Below are positions 58,516-64,000 of a DNA stretch of 64,000 bases, piece by piece. Position 1 is the stretch's first letter. Every line of letters starts with the position of its first letter. This stretch comes from Phycisphaerae bacterium (GTDB lineage: Bacteria; Planctomycetota; Phycisphaerae; UBA1845; Fen-1342): NCBI GenBank assembly GCA_963675745.2, contig CAXXWX010000007.1, positions 64,001-128,000 on the forward strand, in the 5' to 3' direction. Below the pieces are notes generated by a model. The model was not told the DNA's origin. It saw nothing but the letters and a program-made list of their open reading frames with translations, and did no database searches. Both the position numbers and the translations under genes were made by a program.

Positions 58516-59454
58516 TTAGCCTCCCTGCTCGAAACCTCGCGCAATGTGGTGAAGGACTGTGAGGCCTTCACGAACCAGATCACCGTCGCCGGTGTTGTGG
58601 CCATAGGTGATTGTTACCGTGGCGTGGTAAAGCGCGCGGAACCGCGCCATGTGCCACGTGTCGATGTCGACCGCGCCATAGGTCGCGCGAAACGCCTCGT
58701 GAGCCTCGGGTGGCAGTAAGCCGTGGGCGATCGACAGATCCACGGCGGGGTCACCCAGGTGTGCATCTCCCCAGTCGATCACGCCGCACGGCCGACCCGC
58801 CGCGTTGACCAGAATGTGTCGCGCGTACAGGTCTCCGTGAACCAGGGCGATTGTCCGCGCGGGGCGCGCAGTGGGCGGGTGGTCGAGAATGGTCAACCAC
58901 GGCCTCGAGTCGCTGATCAATCCGGCACGCACCAGCTTTGCAAGATTGTCGCGCGCCATGGGGATACGTTTGCGCGGATCGAGTCTGCCAAGCTCATCGC
59001 CGCGGAGCCCAAGGCGCGTTGCCTGGTCGCGCGGAAACGCGTGCAGTGCGGCAAGGAACCGCGCCAGGGGCTCGGCCATCGCGATGCGCTGCCGCGCGCT
59101 CAGCCCGGCGGAGCAGGCGATCCGCCCCGGCACAATCTCGTAGCCCGCGAATGGCCAGGGATACTCATCCGTCGGACATCCCGACATGGTTGGCACGGGG
59201 ATTGGCATCGGCAGCTGCGGTGCGAGCAACGGCAGGAGCCGGCTCTCGGTATTCAGCAGCGGCACGGCGACCGCGCGCCGGGGAAAACGGAAGACAAGGC
59301 TCTTGTTTATCAGGTAGGCCGTGTTGTCCCAGCCGGATGCCAGCGGCTCAACGGCCGCCGGTGCGAGCTGGGGGAATTGCGTTTCAACGAGGTGACGCGC
59401 CAGCTCGACTGTGACAACAAGCTCGGCAGACCAGGGGGGAGCCGGACGCGACAA
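58516..59454 (-). CDS. APH/choline-kinase-like phosphotransferase
   Basis: L...QFP, GWDN, FRFPR, FL..LH, HGDL...H.LV, VIDWGD...GDPA.D; probable TTG start 59454. Confidence 0.88.
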   Translation of the reverse strand: MSRPAPPWSAELVVTVELARHLVETQFPQLAPAAVEPLASGWDNTAYLINKSLVFRFPRRAVAVPLLNTESRLLPLLAPQLPMPIPVPTMSGCPTDEYPWPFAGYEIVPGRIACSAGLSARQRIAMAEPLARFLAALHAFPRDQATRLGLRGDELGRLDPRKRIPMARDNLAKLVRAGLISDSRPWLTILDHPPTARPARTIALVHGDLYARHILVNAAGRPCGVIDWGDAHLGDPAVDLSIAHGLLPPEAHEAFRATYGAVDIDTWHMARFRALYHATVTITYGHNTGDGDLVREGLTVLHHIARGFEQGG

Positions 59455-59461
59455 TGAAAAC

Positions 59462-60286
59462 CTACCGTCCGTCGAAGAGTCGATCGCCGAGCAGGTCGTC
59501 GAGGTTTGGGTTGTCCTTGATTTTCCGCGCGGTTTTCTCGATGTCGTATTCGACGCGGACAAACTCGACTTGCTCGACCGTGCAGTTCAGTGCCGCCTCG
59601 ACAATGCTCTCGGAGCCGCCGTCGCCGGAGCCGTTATTGCGGCGCCGGGCGACAACGAAACTCGCGCGAGTGTCGCGATCGCGTGGTTGCCCGACGCTGC
59701 CGACGTTTATGATCGTGCGATCGTCCTCGATTTCATAGCAGGGGAAATCGGGAAGCTCCGGCGGGGGGTCAAAGTAGGGGTCGTCGAGGAAGACGCCGGG
59801 CTGATGCGTGTGCCCCACGAAGCAGATTCGCCCATCCAGCCGATCGAAATTGGCGATGACCTTCTGCGGATTCGTAAAGACATCCTCGGGGAAGATGTAC
59901 TCGTTCATCGGGCGGCGCGGCGAGGCGTGTACCAGCAACACATCGGCCGTCTTGTGCCGGACCGGGAGTGTCCCGATAAAACGCCAGCGCTCGTTCCGGA
60001 GTTTTTCGCTTTCTTCGGCGTCGAGCATCTGGCGCGTCCAGTAACAGGCGCGCTCGGCGGGCGTATTAAAATTAGCGGGCTCATAAAGGACGGCGTGGTC
60101 GTGGTTGCCCATCAGGCAAGCCTTGCAGCGCCGCCGCACCAGGTCGACACATTCGCGCGGATTCGGACCATAGCCGACCACGTCACCGAGGCAATACACT
60201 TCCTTGATTCCGCGTTCGTCGATCTCGTCAAAGACGGCTTGCAGAGCTTCGATGTTTGAGTGGATATCGCTGATGACGGCGAACAT
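59462..60286 (-). CDS. Metallophosphoesterase (calcineurin-like)
   Basis: SDIHSN, LGDVVGYG, GNHD, GHTH, NVGSVGQPRD; ATG 60286 with GGAG RBS. Confidence 0.92.
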   Translation of the reverse strand: MFAVISDIHSNIEALQAVFDEIDERGIKEVYCLGDVVGYGPNPRECVDLVRRRCKACLMGNHDHAVLYEPANFNTPAERACYWTRQMLDAEESEKLRNERWRFIGTLPVRHKTADVLLVHASPRRPMNEYIFPEDVFTNPQKVIANFDRLDGRICFVGHTHQPGVFLDDPYFDPPPELPDFPCYEIEDDRTIINVGSVGQPRDRDTRASFVVARRRNNGSGDGGSESIVEAALNCTVEQVEFVRVEYDIEKTARKIKDNPNLDDLLGDRLFDGR

Positions 60287-60719
60287 ACGTTCTCCAAGGC
60301 ATCCGCATCGGGACGGGAGCACCTCGAGGCGGCTGGGTAATGCGCGGCGAGGTCCCAAAACAGCGGCGCGCCCAGCACAATAACGATGCCGACGTGATCT
60401 TACCAGTGGTCTCGCCCGGGCGGGCGCGTTAACGCCTTCGCTTACGTTCCGCGGCGGATGTGAGGCAATCTTCGCGGCTCTGGGCGACTCGTAGCGCGCG
60501 TGAAGGTCTGATCACGCGGCGCGGCGTTAGGCCAGCGACGGGCGGTTGGGGGAAGGGGTGGTGCAAGAAACTTTAGTCGAGGGAAGTGTGAGTTTGAAAT
60601 TGACGATGCAAGCACACGGGCGTGAGAAAGCGCCGAGTGATAGCCCGATAATACTGATGGCGCCGGCGGGCTGATTCGATAGGTGGCGCGATATTATGCG
60701 ACTGGAAATATCGTGAAAC

Positions 60720-60934
60720 TTGACCCTGGACAAAGTGCGGAGAATAATCGGCGTGGAGAATGCGCCGCCGTTTGGCGGCTTGCACGTCTTAATGCGGATG
60801 AAACAGGTCGTGCCGCTGCAAGTTATCGCTCCTACCGGAAGAGGACATCAGCAAGTCATGGATCGCGCACCGGCACCAGTGGTATTCCGTCCCATACGTT
60901 GGGCTTGCGATCCTGGCGGCAGATGTGGTATAAA
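60720..60934 (+). promoter_or_regulatory. Candidate sigma70 promoters upstream of the large surface protein
   Basis: TTGACC-N17-AATAAT (60720..60748) and TTGCGA-N18-TATAAA with extended TG (60905..60934) in an AT-richer intergenic region. Confidence 0.4.
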
Positions 60935-61182
60935 GAAACCGTGTTAGATTCCGCGCGACGATGCGCTGAAGGCGTGCGCATCCAGCGTGGGTTTGGCGGG
61001 TGATACCCGCGGTTGGGAAAGAGTGTGAAAAGGCGTTTGAGGCCGTTTACCCATCTCTCACGACATGAGTCTCGAAACGCCGAATTTCGAAAGACGGCGC
61101 ATCAAATAGGGAGTGGTGGAAATCCGGCGCGTGGTCGGAAAGAGGCGTCGTTGTTGGGCTACTTTTGGGCGAGGAAAAAACC

Positions 61183-63546
61183 ATGAAGAAACTATGTGTG
61201 GCAATTGGTGTGGCTGCCCTGCTTTGCTCGGCAGTCAACGCCGACCCTCAGATGGCAACGCCGATTCCGATTGATCCCGCCAAGGTGATCATGAAGACCG
61301 ACGGTGTCAGCGGCCCCGATATGATCGGGACGCTTCCAGTGAAATACGGCCCCATGCACGCCGGCAAGCAACTGGAGTACAGTGTCAAGACGCATGAGAC
61401 CACGGTTGCCAAAGAAGGCGACTTCGGTACCGCCGCGATCGTCGAGGTCTATAGCAACCTGTCTTCGCCAACCGCCTATTTCTCGCTGTTGGCAGGCGAC
61501 AAGGTCGGTGACGTGATTGTTCCGATCCAGGGCGACGGCTCGCTCGAGTCGATCTCGTTCACGATCTACAACGCCGGCTTGGCTGATCCGAACGATCCGA
61601 ACAACCTGCTCGGTGACAACCTGGCGACGCTCGATGTCGAGATCACGCTGTTCAACGATCCGAACATGTTCAACGATCCGAACGCCGCGATGATCACCTA
61701 CACCGGCACGATCGATTTCACCGGTCCGAACGACCCTGGTCTGCCGGCTGGCTACTTCAGCACGCTCACGTTCTCGGATCTGGCCGCGGACCCGAACTTC
61801 ATCGTGTATCCTGACTGCGAGTTCCTGGCGATTCAGTCCTGGACCGCCGCCACCTGGAGTGGCACCAGCCCCGGTGAGCTCGGCGCGCTCTTCATGCATC
61901 CGCCGGACATCGGCTACAGCGCTGACTTCGCCTTCGTTGACGAGGCTGCTGATCCGAATGACGCCGGCATGTACGTGTTTGGCGTATTCGCCAACTTCGG
62001 TTGGGCGATCTCTGAGAACGATCCTCCCACCGAGTGCCCGACGCCGGGCGTTGTGTATGCAAACACGATCAACGGCATCTGGGGTAGCGATGATGTGGTG
62101 CCTGGCTTCTTCGCTGACGAGATCGACCTCATCGGCGGTGGCCTGCTGACCACGTTGAGCACCACGTTCTGGTGCTGGCACCCGTCGGGCAGTGGCGTTG
62201 GTTCGGCCGCTATTACCAGTGCCGAAATCACGATCGAGCTGCGTCGCACGGCCGACGCCGCGCTGCTGGGCAGCTTCTCGCGCACGCTGGACTACAGCGG
62301 TCCTAACGAAGCGCTGCCGCACAGCTACTTCAGCGTCTGGACGTTCTCCGGTCTTGAGACCGAGAACATCAACCTGTCGTCGCGCAACATCGAAGCCCGG
62401 ATGGTCGTCCACAGCCTCACGTATGACAATCCGGATCCGAACTCCTGGCCGGGCTGGGGACAGATCGTATACGTCGATCCGAACCACAACTACTGCCAGG
62501 GCACCACGTACGTCGCCCAGGAGAACCCGGTCGGCACGAGCGATCAGGGCTTCTCGAACAGCCAGGGTAACTGGTGGTACGGGCCTTGTCAGGATCCGAA
62601 TACAGCGGTACCTATCCTGGTCAGGGTACCCCCGGTAACTTCTACTGGGAGCTGATTGTCGAGTCGATCGAGCCGTTCGGCACGACTGTCGAGCGTTGGC
62701 CCGAGTTCCCGGTTCCGGGAGCCCGCTACTGGTTTGACCCGGCCATCGTCGACTTCGGCGGCGGCTCGGGCAACTGGCGCACCGATCTGCCCGAGAACGT
62801 TCCGTTCCTTGACGGTTCGTCCTACACCCTCAGGCAGGATCCGAACGCGATACCGGGTCAGACGGCCCTTGGTTGGGTCTTCCGCAATCCGACGACCAAC
62901 GTGCGTCAGGTGCAGGTCGAGACCCCGTTCCCGGGTATCGTGTGCAGCGACTACACCGACTTGTACATGCTGTACGAGACGTTGACCGTGATCAGTGCGA
63001 CCGACGGCACCAGTGCCTTGAATCGCAACGTGACGGTCGGTAATCGCGACCCGAACGACCCGAACGGTCCGCTGATTCCGTTGCTTGACCGTCAGGGTCA
63101 GGGCAACGGCACCACGCCGTTCACTCGTTACTACAGCCCGGTTGTCGAGGTGGATCCGTATGATCAGCAACTCGCCGTGTTCGATATCGATGCCGATCCG
63201 AACACCGAGACGGTGACCTCGCTGTGGACGCGTTGGGATGACAGCACGCTGGCCCTCGACGGCAAGCGCAGCGGTAACATGGTCATGTACCGCTTCAAGG
63301 CTGGTGAGTTCACGATCACCAGCTCCGGCCCGCCTTGCCTGGATACTGGTGACGCGAACTGCGACGGCTTTGTCAACAACGGTGACATTGACCCGTTCGT
63401 GCTCGCGCTCAGTGGTGACCCGGCCACCTGGAGCGCGTGGCCACGCTTCGACGTGCGACTTCTTGTGCGCGAATGACGACAACAATGACACCTTCGTGAA
63501 CAATGGTGACATTGATCCGTTCGTCGCGCTGCTGGGCGGCAAGTAA
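61183..63546 (+). CDS. Large secreted acidic surface protein, DPN-rich, with internal domain duplication and C-terminal dockerin-like domain; split by two frameshifts
   Basis: GAGG RBS and signal peptide; three track ORFs join at about 62600 and 63437; GDANCDGFVNNGDIDPFV and DDNNDTFVNNGDIDPFV repeats. Confidence 0.82.
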
Positions 63547-63590
63547 GGCTAGGCGCGAACACGCGCATAGCTAGCTGAGTAAGTACAGAC

Positions 63591-63629
63591 ACGCCGGTCG
63601 GCGAGATCCTCGCCGGCCGGCGTTCTTTT
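63591..63629 (+). terminator. Rho-independent terminator (intron target)
   Basis: ACGCCGGTCGGCGAG-ATC-CTCGCCGGCCGGCGT then TCTTTT. Confidence 0.85.
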
Positions 63630-63630
63630 G

Positions 63631-64000
63631 GTGTGCCAGGCATGGCGTTTGACTAGGAGGTGTAAGTCCTCTGGGGGCCTTGATGGCAGGAACCCCTAGC
63701 CGAACAGCAAGGGCGTCGCCGCGAGGCGGGGTCTGAAGGAAGCTGTACGCAAAGCTCTGGCCTGAGGAACACGAACCGCATACGAGGCGTCGGTCGGTGG
63801 GCGAGCGGGCCAAAAGACGCAAAGCCCAATGCCATCCGGAACCGAACCGGCGTAGATGCGGCGGGTGTATGGAGCGAAAGGCAAACGCCTTACCCTGGGA
63901 GGTCTGCCCGTCTGCCGTTGAGGCTAACCAGCGCTGCGAGGCGTGGTGAGGGACGGGCAGAAGTCAGCCGAGGCCATAGTAGCCGCAGGACACGGCGGCG
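63631..64000 (+). mobile_element. Group II intron, class IIC, 5' RNA domains (continues beyond window)
   Basis: Starts GTGTGCCAGGCATGGCG; contains CCGAACAGCAAGG..TCTGAAGGAAGC, CTTACCCTGGGAGGTCTG and GCAGAAGTCAGCCGAGGCCATAGTAG; sits immediately 3' of a terminator. Confidence 0.9.

Noticed and set aside
58516..59454. Antibiotic resistance gene
   Set aside because: APH-like fold only; the family is widespread, substrate cannot be inferred, and no mobile context is evident

Overview
High-GC bacterial chromosomal window, most consistent with a planctomycete of the Phycisphaerae type (inference from a very long SecA, dockerin-like C-termini, FG-GAP lipoproteins, mqnD and many REP-like palindromes). 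Recognisable housekeeping genes are apt, secA, efp, dprA, mqnD, hslU, feoAB and def-fmt-rsmB. Between them lie many cell-envelope genes: a five-gene lipoprotein/integrin-alpha-like operon, three DUF4139-type proteins, two secreted small-residue beta-repeat proteins divergent from an ECF sigma/anti-sigma operon, two proteins with a Cys-Gly/hydrophobic/Arg C-terminal tail, and a large DPN-rich dockerin-ended surface protein. Mobile and repeat content comprises several REP-like palindrome families, a decayed IS200/RAYT-like transposase, gene-3'-end duplications flanking small inserts, and the 5' part of a class IIC group II intron inserted directly after a terminator at the right edge. Three single-site frameshifts may be assembly errors. 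No tRNA, rRNA or CRISPR array was seen. All calls are by eye; no searches were run.
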